Part shown: piece by piece, positions 10,255 through 19,252 of the stretch
Position numbering within the stretch: position 1 is the first letter of the stretch
How the letters are laid out: every line of letters begins with the position of its first letter
Origin: Candidatus Sulfobium sp.
GTDB taxonomy: Bacteria; Nitrospirota; Thermodesulfovibrionia; Thermodesulfovibrionales; UBA6898
DNA: 30,967 nucleotides
NCBI GenBank assembly: GCA_037380845.1
Contig: JARRRI010000052.1
Coordinates: 1 to 30,967 of the forward strand
Reading direction: 5' to 3'
Made by a program: the position numbers and the translations under genes
Notes under the pieces: generated by a model
Told to the model about the DNA's origin: nothing
Database searches by the model: none
Seen by the model: only the letters and a program-made list of their open reading frames with translations

Positions 10255-12273
10255 TCAGTCTCCGAGTATCGCCTTTATATGTGCGATTGACTTTCTTGCG
10301 AACCTCTCTTCTTCTTCAGGGTCCGGCTCCACGCTCCCGTCAAGACTTTCCACCGCCTCCCCGGGGAGCTCATCGAGAAACCTGGAAGGATTAACCGCAA
10401 TCTTTTTGCCGTACTTGATCCGGTGACCGGCATGGGTAATGTATAATTCCTTCATCGCCCTCGTCATTCCGACGTAGAAAAGCCGTCTCTCCTCTTCAGT
10501 TGAAGCCTCATCAGTCACGGACTTCCTGTGGGGCAGGATGTCCTCCTCCACACCCACGATAAAAACGACCGGGAACTCCAGCCCTTTGGCGGAGTGAAAT
10601 GAGATGAGGGTCACCCCTCCTGCAGTCCTTTCGCTCTTCTCCTGAAGGAGGTCGGTCAGTGCGAGCATCTCAAGAAATCCGTGGAGTGAAGCCTCCGCGT
10701 CTTCCGCCTCATAGCGGGAAAGAGATTCGATAAAGGCTTCGACGTTTTCTATCTTTCTCATCGCCGCTTCGGGCGTTTTGTAAGACTCGCGGACAAACTC
10801 GCGGTACTGTATCTCGCTTGCCAGGGATCTGAAGGCATCCCCCATGCCCCTTTTTTTACCGAAAGCAGACCTGTAACGGCCCATCAGTCCGGCGAGTTCC
10901 CTGGCCGAACGCGCGGCCCTCTCCTCCAGCCCTTCGGCCTCCCCGGCCCTGGCAAACGCCTCACTCAGCCTGACTGATCTCTCCCTGGCAAACTCCGAAA
11001 GCCTGGCGAGTGCGGCCGTTCCGAGTCCTCTCCTGGGCACATTCGACGCCCTCAAAAGGCTGAGGTCGTCCGCGGGATTTGCGATAATCTTCAGGTAAGC
11101 GGCCAGGTCTCTGATCTCCCTGTGCTCGAAATAACTTGTACCGCCCACCACGGAATAGGGAATTCTCAGCCTGCGGAGCGCCTCTTCGAAGGGCTTCGAA
11201 AAAAGGTTTGCCCGGTATATAACCGCGAAGTCTTCGTAAGGGATATTCCTGTCGAACCTGAGCATGGAGATCCTGTCCGCTACCCATTTTGCCTCCTCTT
11301 CACCGTCGGCCGACCTGAAGATATGGACCTTCGGACCGGCCTTCCCCGCGGTCCAGAGCTTCTTTTCCATTCTCTTTCTGTTGTTACTGATCACGGAGTT
11401 GGCGGCCTGAAGGATATGCCCTGTGGAGCGGTAGTTCTGTTCGAGTCTTATTATGGCCGTTCCGGGGAAATCCTTGCCGAAATCGAGGACGTTCCCGATA
11501 TGTGCGCCCCTCCAGCCGTAAATAGACTGGTCGTCATCCCCTACTACGCAGATGTTTTTCCTCTCCCCGGCGAGAAGTTTTATAAGCTCATACTGAACAC
11601 GGTTGGTGTCCTGGTACTCGTCGACCATGACGTATTCGAACTTCTCCCTATACCTCCCGAGCACGGCGGGATGCTCCCTGAAGAGCCTGACTGTAAGAAG
11701 CAGGAGGTCGTCGAAGTCGAGTGCGTTCAGTGTCTTCAGCGCCTCATGGTATTTCGGGTAAAGGCTTTCCATGACCTCGGAGAGCCTGTCATCGCCGGAC
11801 ACCGCGGGCGAGGACTGGGGAGAAGAGTCGTTCTTGGTCCTGCTTATCCTCTCCAGGACCGCTTCTATCCTGAAGCTCTTTTCGTAGAACCTTATGTCAG
11901 AGAGGATGTTTCTCAGGAGAGAAAGCTGCTCGGAGGTATCGTAGATCGTAAAGTTTTTCCGGTAGCCGAGATGCCCTATCTCCCTCCGGAGTATGTGGAG
12001 GCACAGGGAGTGGAAGGTCGAGATAAAAGTGCTCCCTCCTTTCCACATGGCAAGCACCCTCTCCTTCATCTCCCGGGCGGCCTTGTTCGTAAAGGTCACG
12101 GCAAGGACCGATGGGGGTGCAACTCCTTTGCGGAGGAGATGTGCCGCTCTCATGGTAATGACCCTTGTCTTTCCGGAGCCGGCGCCGGCCAGGATAAGCA
12201 ACGGACCCTCGGTATGAATTACGGCTTCCCTCTGGCGCGGATTCAGCCTTGCTATCTCTCTGGCGACGGACAT
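10255..12273 (-). CDS. UvrD/Rep/PcrA family superfamily 1 DNA helicase
   Basis: 672 aa; LNPRQ, AGAGSGKT, VDEYQDTN, VGDDDQSIYGWRGA, LEQNYRS, HSAKGLEF and EEERRLFYVGMTRA motifs. Confidence 0.95.
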   Translation of the reverse strand: MSVAREIARLNPRQREAVIHTEGPLLILAGAGSGKTRVITMRAAHLLRKGVAPPSVLAVTFTNKAAREMKERVLAMWKGGSTFISTFHSLCLHILRREIGHLGYRKNFTIYDTSEQLSLLRNILSDIRFYEKSFRIEAVLERISRTKNDSSPQSSPAVSGDDRLSEVMESLYPKYHEALKTLNALDFDDLLLLTVRLFREHPAVLGRYREKFEYVMVDEYQDTNRVQYELIKLLAGERKNICVVGDDDQSIYGWRGAHIGNVLDFGKDFPGTAIIRLEQNYRSTGHILQAANSVISNNRKRMEKKLWTAGKAGPKVHIFRSADGEEEAKWVADRISMLRFDRNIPYEDFAVIYRANLFSKPFEEALRRLRIPYSVVGGTSYFEHREIRDLAAYLKIIANPADDLSLLRASNVPRRGLGTAALARLSEFARERSVRLSEAFARAGEAEGLEERAARSARELAGLMGRYRSAFGKKRGMGDAFRSLASEIQYREFVRESYKTPEAAMRKIENVEAFIESLSRYEAEDAEASLHGFLEMLALTDLLQEKSERTAGGVTLISFHSAKGLEFPVVFIVGVEEDILPHRKSVTDEASTEEERRLFYVGMTRAMKELYITHAGHRIKYGKKIAVNPSRFLDELPGEAVESLDGSVEPDPEEEERFARKSIAHIKAILGD

Positions 12274-12436
12274 TTTCCCATAATTATTCTGCGGTCTGCT
12301 CTTCCGAACGAATCGGCCTGCGGTACTTTCAGGCCAAGGCTTCCCTTTCGAAGGGGTGAATATCCCTCAGGACGAATCGGGAAATTCCTGTGGTTATGAC
12401 TAACAAATATGAGACGATAAGATGAAGCAAGATGAT

Positions 12437-12465
12437 ATAGTAGCGCGATTTCCGGCGGCTGTCAA
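12437..12465 (-). promoter_or_regulatory. Candidate sigma70 promoter of the helicase gene
   Basis: Minus strand TTGACA-17 nt-TACTAT. Confidence 0.55.
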
Positions 12466-12500
12466 AGACCGCAGGAAAATCCCTTTAATTCAGTATCATT

Positions 12501-13028
12501 TCAGTCGCCCTGCGTATCCCTGATCATCAGGTCGAGCGCACTCCTGTGGGCGGCAGTCTCCCCGTCTATTTCACGGGCAAGCCGGTTAAACTCATCCACA
12601 CTCGTCTCGACTATGTCCGCGTAATGCAGTTCAGCCGCCGATTCCTCGATCGCGGCAGCAATGGGAAGCACCTGGTCCCGGGGTATCTCCCCGTTCTTCA
12701 TCTTTTCCACCAGCCCTTCCAGGTACAATACGAAGGCCCTGATGGCCGCCGGTTGGAAAGGATACCCCGAACGGTATTTCCTGGGCTGTTCCTTAATAAG
12801 TGCCGACATCTTCCTTATATTTTCGGCATGGCGCAATTCGCTCGACGCCATAGAAAGCCAGGAGTCCCTGTCTTCGGGGAATGCCTCGGCACACAGCAGA
12901 TAGAATTCCGAGACACTCTTTTCAGCCCCTTCCAGAAGCGGAAGATTGTCGAGCACATCTTGCATAGTGATTTTCTTGACCGGTTCGCCGGAATCCTTGT
13001 CCCTCTTGATTTTGCTGAAAAAGTTCAT
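12501..13028 (-). CDS. Ferritin-like/rubrerythrin-like four-helix protein
   Basis: 175 aa; pattern AEKSVSEFY...SELRH...IEES...GETAAH resembles di-iron ferritin-like ligands; AAGGAG SD. Confidence 0.6.
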   Translation of the reverse strand: MNFFSKIKRDKDSGEPVKKITMQDVLDNLPLLEGAEKSVSEFYLLCAEAFPEDRDSWLSMASSELRHAENIRKMSALIKEQPRKYRSGYPFQPAAIRAFVLYLEGLVEKMKNGEIPRDQVLPIAAAIEESAAELHYADIVETSVDEFNRLAREIDGETAAHRSALDLMIRDTQGD

Positions 13029-13237
13029 CGATAACTCCTTTTCGATGCTTCGCTTCGGTCCATTGCGTTCTCCCTGAATTATAAAGAAAAGAGCAGAGTA
13101 TTTTAAACTTTTTCAAAAAAGGCGACATGTCCGGCAGTTTGAGCAGGTTATTAATAAACGGGGGCGACCGGACTTTACGGAAACACTTATTTCGCGTTAG
13201 AGTTAAAAATGTCAGATTTACGTTATCGGAGAGTCTA

Positions 13238-13936
13238 ATGGTGATCATAACAGGGACGGGAAGGTCGGGGACGAAAACTCTGGCCAGGCTTCTTGGGGGA
13301 AGGCACGAATACAGGGTGCATTATATCCTGGACAAATATTTCCTCGCCGCCGACCCTCATGCCGACCTTTTCGATTCCATGGAAAAACGTTTGATGGCGG
13401 TGCTCGACCTGCATCAGGGAATCGACCCCGAAGATTTCATCGACTCATCCAACCTCTACATCCATTTCATCGATGCGGTATACACACTCAATCCTTCGGC
13501 CAGATTCATCCTCTCCGTCCGGAACGGGAAGGACTTCGCGAGGTCCGCCTTCAGCCGCGGATGGCACTGCCACACTTTCTTCGGGTCCGTACCTCAGCGG
13601 AACGACCCGTATTACAAAAAGTGGTCCGAAATGACGCCGCTTGAGAGGGTGGCATGGATATGGACATACAGAAACAGTAAGGCGCTGGAGGGACTGGCCG
13701 TCGTCCCCCGGGAACAAAAGTTTATTCTGCGGATCGAAGACATCGGCAAACAGGAGACGCTCGACGGCCTTGAATCTTTCTCAGGGCTAAAGATCCCGGA
13801 CAGAAGTCTGGCTGCAAATAGATTCAACGCCAATCCGGTTCTGTCTCTGCCCTCGTGGCAGGAGTGGACGGAGGCCATGAGCCGCGAGTTTGACGCAATC
13901 GCCGGCGAGATGATGAAGTTTTTCGGCTACTCCTGA
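13238..13936 (+). CDS. PAPS-dependent sulfotransferase family protein
   Basis: IITGTGRSGT (5'-PSB loop) and FILSVRNGKDFARS (3'-PB motif). Start moved to ATG 13238 after GGAGAG; 232 aa. Confidence 0.7.
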   Translation: MVIITGTGRSGTKTLARLLGGRHEYRVHYILDKYFLAADPHADLFDSMEKRLMAVLDLHQGIDPEDFIDSSNLYIHFIDAVYTLNPSARFILSVRNGKDFARSAFSRGWHCHTFFGSVPQRNDPYYKKWSEMTPLERVAWIWTYRNSKALEGLAVVPREQKFILRIEDIGKQETLDGLESFSGLKIPDRSLAANRFNANPVLSLPSWQEWTEAMSREFDAIAGEMMKFFGYS

Positions 13937-14000
13937 TCCGGCCACGAGGGGACCAACCTTGGCAGTTTATATATTTCTGCCCTCTCAGCGAAAAGTATAA

Positions 14001-14720
14001 TTATACTCTGCGCCTCTGCTGTGAATTTATTAAGCCATTTTGTACTGCCTTGTCCGGGGGACGGACCTTTTCCGACAGTCGTCCGTTTTCATCGAAGAGG
14101 AGAATATCCCCTTTTCCACAGGCCACACCATGGACAACGGTTTCTGCCGGGACCTTGTAACTGTCAATGGCCCCGCTCCTGTGGAAACATACCCAGCATC
14201 CGCCTGCAAGGGGAACACTGTCCCTGATAATGTCTTCTGCAAGAAAACATCTCTTGAGGGAATTATCGTCGTAAAAGCCTATCCATTTCCCCTCTTTGCA
14301 GGGTATCCCCTGATACGCGATGTCCTTCGCCAGCCTGCCGGCATAGAGCACTCCGTTTGCATGAAAGAGCAGGAACGTGTCACACCTCAGGGGCACCCCC
14401 TTTACATTACAGTCCGCCGGGATGTTGCATTTCATCAACCCCCCGTTTTCGTGGAAGTAGATGCGCATCCCTCCACGGCAGACGACCCCGTCGATGCGGG
14501 TGTCCTGGACGGCCTCAATGCTCGATGTCACGCCGTTTGAATGGAGCCAGACCCAGGAGCCCTTGCGGCAGAAAACCCCGTTGATCTCCTCTTCCGACCT
14601 GAGCACGCCGCCCCGCAGGCGGCCGGAGCCGTAATAGAGGACTTTCTCAAGTTTCGAGGCTTCCACGGAAATCCCTGTCATACGGAAAGAAATGGAACCT
14701 GAATCAGCCGTCCCGGGCAA
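14001..14720 (-). CDS. Hypothetical protein with 30-aa tandem beta-repeats (MORN-variant/YwqK-like), paralog 2
   Basis: TTG start after GGAGG; about six 30-aa units, e.g. EAVQDTRIDGVVCRGGMRIYFHENGGLMKC. Confidence 0.75.
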   Translation of the reverse strand: MPGTADSGSISFRMTGISVEASKLEKVLYYGSGRLRGGVLRSEEEINGVFCRKGSWVWLHSNGVTSSIEAVQDTRIDGVVCRGGMRIYFHENGGLMKCNIPADCNVKGVPLRCDTFLLFHANGVLYAGRLAKDIAYQGIPCKEGKWIGFYDDNSLKRCFLAEDIIRDSVPLAGGCWVCFHRSGAIDSYKVPAETVVHGVACGKGDILLFDENGRLSEKVRPPDKAVQNGLINSQQRRRV

Positions 14721-14738
14721 TGAAAATTCCTCCGATCT

Positions 14739-15362
14739 TCACCTTTTGCACAACTTTATCGGGCAGCCCTTCTCGTTGAAGACTATCAGCGCACCCTTTT
14801 CGTAATTCTGCCCTTCTATCTCCACCGGTCGGCCCGCCGTGCATCCCGCGATGGCCCCGTCCCGCCGCAGCCATACCCTCGTTCCGGCCATGCAGGGTAT
14901 GCTGCAGACCATCGCTTCCCGGGAAAGAGTGAAAGCCGACAGGCCGCCGTCCTGAAAAAAACAAATATCAGTACCACCGGCCACCGGAAATCCCTCCACA
15001 AACATCTCCCTCGCAGTGGCGCACTTGAAGAGACTGCCGTCTTCGTGAAACATGACAAGAGTGCCGCCCGCAGCGGCGATGTCCTGGATCCCGGTTTCGG
15101 CAGAGAGCGTGCACATAAGAAGTCCGCCTGCCGGGCGGAACTCGACCTCGGTCTTTGCCTTGCAGGGAATGCCGTCTATGACGGTATCGCGCGAGATGTT
15201 GCACCTCCAGAGCTCCCCCTTCTCATCGAACCCTATGACAGAGCCCGCCCTGAAACTCACCCCCTGTATAATGGTGTCAGCCGAGAGGGTGCATGACCTG
15301 AGGGCCGCGCCCCCCGGGAAGGTTACGATCGTGTCTTCGATGCAGGGGACGCCATCGTACAC
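14739..15362 (-). CDS. Hypothetical protein with 30-aa tandem beta-repeats (MORN-variant/YwqK-like), paralog 1
   Basis: GTG start 3 nt after the upstream stop; nearly seven 30-aa units, e.g. TLSADTIIQGVSFRAGSVIGFDEKGELWRC. Confidence 0.75.
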   Translation of the reverse strand: MYDGVPCIEDTIVTFPGGAALRSCTLSADTIIQGVSFRAGSVIGFDEKGELWRCNISRDTVIDGIPCKAKTEVEFRPAGGLLMCTLSAETGIQDIAAAGGTLVMFHEDGSLFKCATAREMFVEGFPVAGGTDICFFQDGGLSAFTLSREAMVCSIPCMAGTRVWLRRDGAIAGCTAGRPVEIEGQNYEKGALIVFNEKGCPIKLCKR

Positions 15363-15365
15363 AGC

Positions 15366-15718
15366 TTATGCGCTTCCCGTCCCGAGTCCCTTGTAAAATG
15401 CCTTGATGGAAGTTTCCTGGACATCCTCGAGCATGTCTTTCTTGGCTGCTTCAAGACGCTCCAATGACACCCCTAATTTCTTCACAAGGTCCGGAAGCGA
15501 AACACCCTTGCCGAAGTGCTCCTCGGCTATCAGTACCTTCAGCATGTCGTCGATGAAGCCGGCCTTCAGCTTCTCGTCCTCGATTTCCAGGGCCTCGCAG
15601 GCCGCGTTGAAATCAAGGCCTTTCTCCAGTCCTTTTCTGACTGTGGCCAGGGCCTTCTCGTAAACCTTGTCGGTTTCGGTCTTGAAAGCGTCGTCGGGCA
15701 GGCCGTCGTACCAATCAT
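15366..15718 (-). pseudogene. About 117-aa helical hypothetical protein, absent from the ORF track because its start is out of frame or missing
   Basis: Open frame DWYDGLPDDAFKTETDKVYEKALATVRKGLEKG...FIDDMLKVLIAEEHFGKGVSLPDLVKKLGVSLERLEAA...GTGSA* with host-like codon use. The ATG at 15718 is 1 nt out of frame (ATGATTGG; ATGGATTGG would give MDWY). Confidence 0.7.
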
Positions 15719-15917
15719 AAAAAACCGGTCGAAATGAACCGCAACTGAAGTCAGAAGCGAGAATGCAGAAGACGGAGCCGGAACACCGGAGTTTCGGCCG
15801 GATAAACCGTGAGTTCCCAAAATCGGTGACAAAACCGGAAAAGCAATTGAATGGGAGAAACGGGGCTCGAAACTCCGATTAAACGATTTGTATGATGGCT
15901 TGCCAATATAAGAAGAT

Positions 15918-15943
15918 TGGACTCCCGCCTTCGCGGGAACGGC
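15918..15943. repeat. Degenerate REP-like palindrome
   Basis: TGGACTCCCGC-CTTC-GCGGGAACGGC with a TCCCGC/GCGGGA stem; resembles GATTCCCGC...GCGGGAATGAC-type repeats. Confidence 0.5.
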
Positions 15944-15983
15944 GACCGGGAGCCAGCATTTGGGGTTCCTGACTCAGGCTGAT

Positions 15984-16012
15984 TTGACATGGATATGGAA
16001 TAGAATTAAAAT
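15984..16012 (+). promoter_or_regulatory. Candidate sigma70 promoter of icd
   Basis: TTGACA-17 nt-TAAAAT, 38 nt before the start codon. Confidence 0.65.
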
Positions 16013-16050
16013 TACGCACTTAAAAACTCATTCGTTCACCGGAGGCGGTA

Positions 16051-17262
16051 TTGCAGAAGATTAGGGTAACCAATCCCATAGTAGAGATAGACGGCGACGA
16101 GATGGCCCGTGTCATATGGCATTTCATAAGGAAAAAGCTGATTGATCCTTTCCTGGAGGCGGATATCCGCTATTACGATCTGAGCATAGCCCGCAGGGAC
16201 GAAACGGACGACCGTATTACTGTCGAGGCCGCCAATGCGATCAAGGAGACGGGCGTGGGTGTGAAGTGCGCCACGATAACCCCTAACGCCGCCAGGGTGA
16301 AGGAATACAAACTCAAGGAACAGTGGAAGAGCCCCAACGGCACAATCCGGGCGATTCTGGACGGGACCGTATTCAGAAAACCGATCATCATGAAGAATAT
16401 CCCGCCGGCAGTGCGCAACTGGAAGAAGCCTGTGATGATCGGGCGTCATGCCTACGGCGACATTTACAAGAATGCCGAACTGGTGGTAGAGAAGCCCGGC
16501 CGGGCCGAGATCGTGTTTACCCCCGAAGACGGCGGAGAGAAGATGTCCGTCACGATCCATGACTTCAAGGGTCCGGGTGTGATTATGGGTATGCACAATA
16601 CGGAAACGTCGATAAGGAGCTTTGCAAAGGCGTGCATCAATTATGCGCTGGACGAAAAAGTCGACCTCTGGTTCGGGGCAAAAGACACCATCTCAAAACA
16701 ATATCACGGTTTTTTCAGGGATGTCTTTGCGGAGGAAATCAAAAAGGCGGAGAACGACTTCCAAAAGGCCGGGATCAACTACAGGTATCTGCTCATCGAC
16801 GATGCCATTGCACAGGTTATAAAGTCCGAGGGCGGGATGCTCTGGGCCTGCATGAACTACGACGGCGACGTAATGTCGGATATGGTAGCCACAGGGTTCG
16901 GCAGTCTCGGTCTCATGACGTCGGTGCTCGTCTCCCCCGACGGGAAGTATGAATTCGAGGCAGCACACGGCACGGTCGTGCGTCACTATTATGAGCACCT
17001 GAAGGGAAATCCCACCTCGACCAATTCGATCGCCTCCATCTTCGCCTGGACGGGGGCGCTCGCCAAAAGGGGAGAAATAGACGGCACGCCCCGCGTAGTG
17101 GACTTCGCCAATACCGTAGAGGCGGCGGTAACCGAGACGGTCGAAAGCGGCGTCATGACAAAAGACCTGATGATGATAGCAGAACCCAGACCTGAAAAAT
17201 ACGCCCTCACCGAGGAATTCATCGACGCCGTTGTGGAGAGAATCAGGAGGAAGCTTGCTTGA
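16051..17262 (+). CDS. icd: NADP-dependent isocitrate dehydrogenase (homodimeric, eukaryote-like type)
   Basis: 403 aa; TTG start after [37 protein letters not shown] and EAAHGTV motifs. Confidence 0.95.
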   Translation: MQKIRVTNPIVEIDGDEMARVIWHFIRKKLIDPFLEADIRYYDLSIARRDETDDRITVEAANAIKETGVGVKCATITPNAARVKEYKLKEQWKSPNGTIRAILDGTVFRKPIIMKNIPPAVRNWKKPVMIGRHAYGDIYKNAELVVEKPGRAEIVFTPEDGGEKMSVTIHDFKGPGVIMGMHNTETSIRSFAKACINYALDEKVDLWFGAKDTISKQYHGFFRDVFAEEIKKAENDFQKAGINYRYLLIDDAIAQVIKSEGGMLWACMNYDGDVMSDMVATGFGSLGLMTSVLVSPDGKYEFEAAHGTVVRHYYEHLKGNPTSTNSIASIFAWTGALAKRGEIDGTPRVVDFANTVEAAVTETVESGVMTKDLMMIAEPRPEKYALTEEFIDAVVERIRRKLA

Positions 17263-17629
17263 TCTCTAAACGGTTCCCCGAGAAGTCCTCGACAAAGTGA
17301 ACCGTCCGCCCTCCCCTTTGGGCCGATACAACCTTCACTCCCTCCGCCTTTGCTCTTTGAATGAAAGCGGAAAGATCGGGCAACTGCAGGCAGAAGTGAG
17401 GCACGGTGGGCAAAGGAGGGGTGAAGCCGGGAAGGATGAAGACCTCCACCTTGAGGTCGTCCTTCCCGTAGACCAGCATCTTTATCTCCCTGTCGATGGA
17501 AAAAAGTTTTTTGGCGAGTTCGGGAGAGACAGAGGATTCCTTTATCAGCTCGAGGCCAAGCAGGTCCCTGTAGAAACGGACAGCGCCGTTTCCGTCTCCG
17601 TTTACGACACCCACATGATCAAGAACCAT
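17243..17629 (-). CDS. VOC/glyoxalase family protein
   Basis: 128 aa; LDHVGV...FYRDLLGL...HFCL...EDFSGNRLE pattern; GAGGAGG SD; overlaps the icd 3' end convergently by 20 nt. Confidence 0.8.
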   Translation of the reverse strand: MVLDHVGVVNGDGNGAVRFYRDLLGLELIKESSVSPELAKKLFSIDREIKMLVYGKDDLKVEVFILPGFTPPLPTVPHFCLQLPDLSAFIQRAKAEGVKVVSAQRGGRTVHFVEDFSGNRLEIKQASS

Positions 17630-17736
17630 CAGCCTCCTCGTTTCCAGGCCAATTTGACAGCTCGTTTCCGGCTTGCCGGTTTGCAGGCTTAGCGGATTTT
17701 TTTATTATTTGCGCACTTCTGCCTGCCGAAATGCAT

Positions 17737-17770
17737 AGAGGCCGGAACGCATTTTCCGGCCTCTCCTTTT
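17737..17770. terminator. Hairpin/likely intrinsic terminator downstream of the small gene
   Basis: AGAGGCCGGAA-CGCATT-TTCCGGCCTCT, an 11-bp stem. Confidence 0.5.
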
Positions 17771-17800
17771 CCGCATCAGCATTTGTCAGTATTGCGGAGC

Positions 17801-17968
17801 CTATATCCGCTCCGTACCGACTACTTCACCCATGTTGAGGCATTTCTTTTTCTCTTCTTCCGTGAGCTTGTCCGTCTTGACCACCTGGCCTTTGATGTTT
17901 TTCAAAGGGCAGGCGTATTCATTGCCTTCCTTGTCATAGATGAAGACATAATCCGAATAGTCCGGCAT
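17801..17968 (-). CDS. Small hypothetical protein, 55 aa, two Cys (not in ORF track)
   Basis: MPDYSDYVFIYDKEGNEYACPLKNIKGQVVKTDKLTEEEKKKCLNMGEVVGTERI; strong AAGGAGGTG SD, own promoter and downstream hairpin. Confidence 0.8.
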   Translation of the reverse strand: MPDYSDYVFIYDKEGNEYACPLKNIKGQVVKTDKLTEEEKKKCLNMGEVVGTERI

Positions 17969-18016
17969 AACCACACCTCCTTTCTGAGGGTTTTATGTCC
18001 TTGGCTCCTTAGTTAA

Positions 18017-18044
18017 ATCATAGCAGACCCCCCAGAGGTGTCAA
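18017..18044 (-). promoter_or_regulatory. Candidate sigma70 promoter of the 55-aa gene
   Basis: Minus strand TTGACA-16 nt-TATGAT with an extended -10 TG. Confidence 0.55.
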
Positions 18045-18235
18045 CCGCCCATGCGGTCCTTCTGAATCCAGGGCGGGCGAGTGGCCTCGGAGGCCCTCTT
18101 CGGACTTGCAGGATTCCGGCCTTGCGCTGGCTTCCTCTATCTGTGAGCCTTCAGGCTTGCGGACCTGTCAGCTGTTCTGTTCCTCTCATGTCTTACGATT
18201 CACGCCGCTTGCGGGCTCTCCATTTTGCCCCGGTC

Positions 18236-18264
18236 TTGACAGTTTCCATGGTCATGAATATCCT
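18236..18264 (+). promoter_or_regulatory. Candidate sigma70 promoter of the cytochrome pair
   Basis: TTGACA-17 nt-TATCCT, about 100 nt before ATG 18368. Confidence 0.55.
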
Positions 18265-18367
18265 TTTAGGTAAAGTCCGTGAGGTGATATCATTTGACGA
18301 GACGGCCGGCCCGCGGACCGTCCGGGAAGGGAGCTGTTTCAGGAGTCATTTATCAAGGAGGGGGGAG

Positions 18368-19252
18368 ATGGAAGCAACAAGGAGCAGCATTCTTTCGTTT
18401 TTACTTGTATTAGCCCTGGGAATTCCCGTGTCTCCGGCTCACGCCGCATCGTCCGGCACAGGAACTCCCGTAAATGTGAAGGGCAAATGTGCGGACTGCC
18501 ATGCCGGTGCGGCCAACGACATAAAGGCCTCGGGCGGAAGGCACAGAAACGTCCCGTGCGTGGGCTGTCATCTCGGCCGCCATGGGACAGCCACGCAACG
18601 TCTGCAGAAGTGCAACAGGTGCCATCGAAAGACAAAGAGGGCGCACTTCCGGCTTGAGAACTGCCGCGGCTGCCACAGAAACCCGCACACACCTCTTAAC
18701 ATTTCCTTCGGGGACATAAAAGGTGTTTGCGTCAACTGTCACGCGGAACAGGTGGAGCAGCTAAGGGAAAACAAGAGCAAACATACCGCGCTTGCCTGCT
18801 CGACCTGCCATGATGTCCACGGCAAGGTCCCGCAGTGCACCCGGTGCCACAGGCCGCACTCTGCTGAAATGGCGGCATCCGAATGCAGGAAGTGCCACAA
18901 CGCCCACAAGCCCAGGGCTGTGACCTATGCCGACGATACACCATCGAAGGACTGCGCCTCCTGCCACAGGAAGGCGTTCGATCTTCTTGTCTCCGGCAAG
19001 ACCAGGCACAAGTCTTTCGCGTGCGCATTCTGCCATCACCAGAAGCACAAAATGGTGCCCAGCTGCCGGGACTGCCACGGCTCACCCCACCCGGAAGGCA
19101 TCATGGCAAAGTTCCCTGTCTGCGATGATTGTCACAAAATCGCTCATGATCTCAATAACTGGCCCGAGACCGGACCGGTCGGCTCTCAGAAAGAAGCACG
19201 GTCCGAGAAAACAAAAAATTCCGTCAGATTAAGAACGAAGGAGGGGAAATGA
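18368..19252 (+). CDS. Periplasmic dodecaheme c-type cytochrome (copy 1)
   Basis: Start at ATG 18368 after AAGGAGG; Sec-type signal peptide ending AHA; 12 CxxCH motifs in three 4-heme modules; 294 aa. Confidence 0.9.
   Translation: MEATRSSILSFLLVLALGIPVSPAHAASSGTGTPVNVKGKCADCHAGAANDIKASGGRHRNVPCVGCHLGRHGTATQRLQKCNRCHRKTKRAHFRLENCRGCHRNPHTPLNISFGDIKGVCVNCHAEQVEQLRENKSKHTALACSTCHDVHGKVPQCTRCHRPHSAEMAASECRKCHNAHKPRAVTYADDTPSKDCASCHRKAFDLLVSGKTRHKSFACAFCHHQKHKMVPSCRDCHGSPHPEGIMAKFPVCDDCHKIAHDLNNWPETGPVGSQKEARSEKTKNSVRLRTKEGK

Noticed and set aside
12310..12375. Possible c-di-GMP-I riboswitch (CTTCGAAAGGG...AAGCC...GGCCT on the minus strand)
   Set aside because: It lacks the conserved GGCAAAC and GACGCAAAG elements; kept only as a generic structured leader.
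11122..12399. 425-aa plus-strand ORF, and similar long antisense ORFs at 2281-3048, 25944-27257 and 28968-29924
   Set aside because: These are shadow frames opposite well-supported genes, expected from GC-rich codon bias, with no recognisable motifs.
14001..15362. CRISPR array or DGR template/variable repeats in the repeat-protein genes
   Set aside because: The repeat is visible only at protein level; there are no near-identical nucleotide repeats and no cas or reverse transcriptase gene.
17243..17262. 20-nt convergent overlap of icd and the VOC gene
   Set aside because: Short 3' overlaps are common, and both genes look complete.
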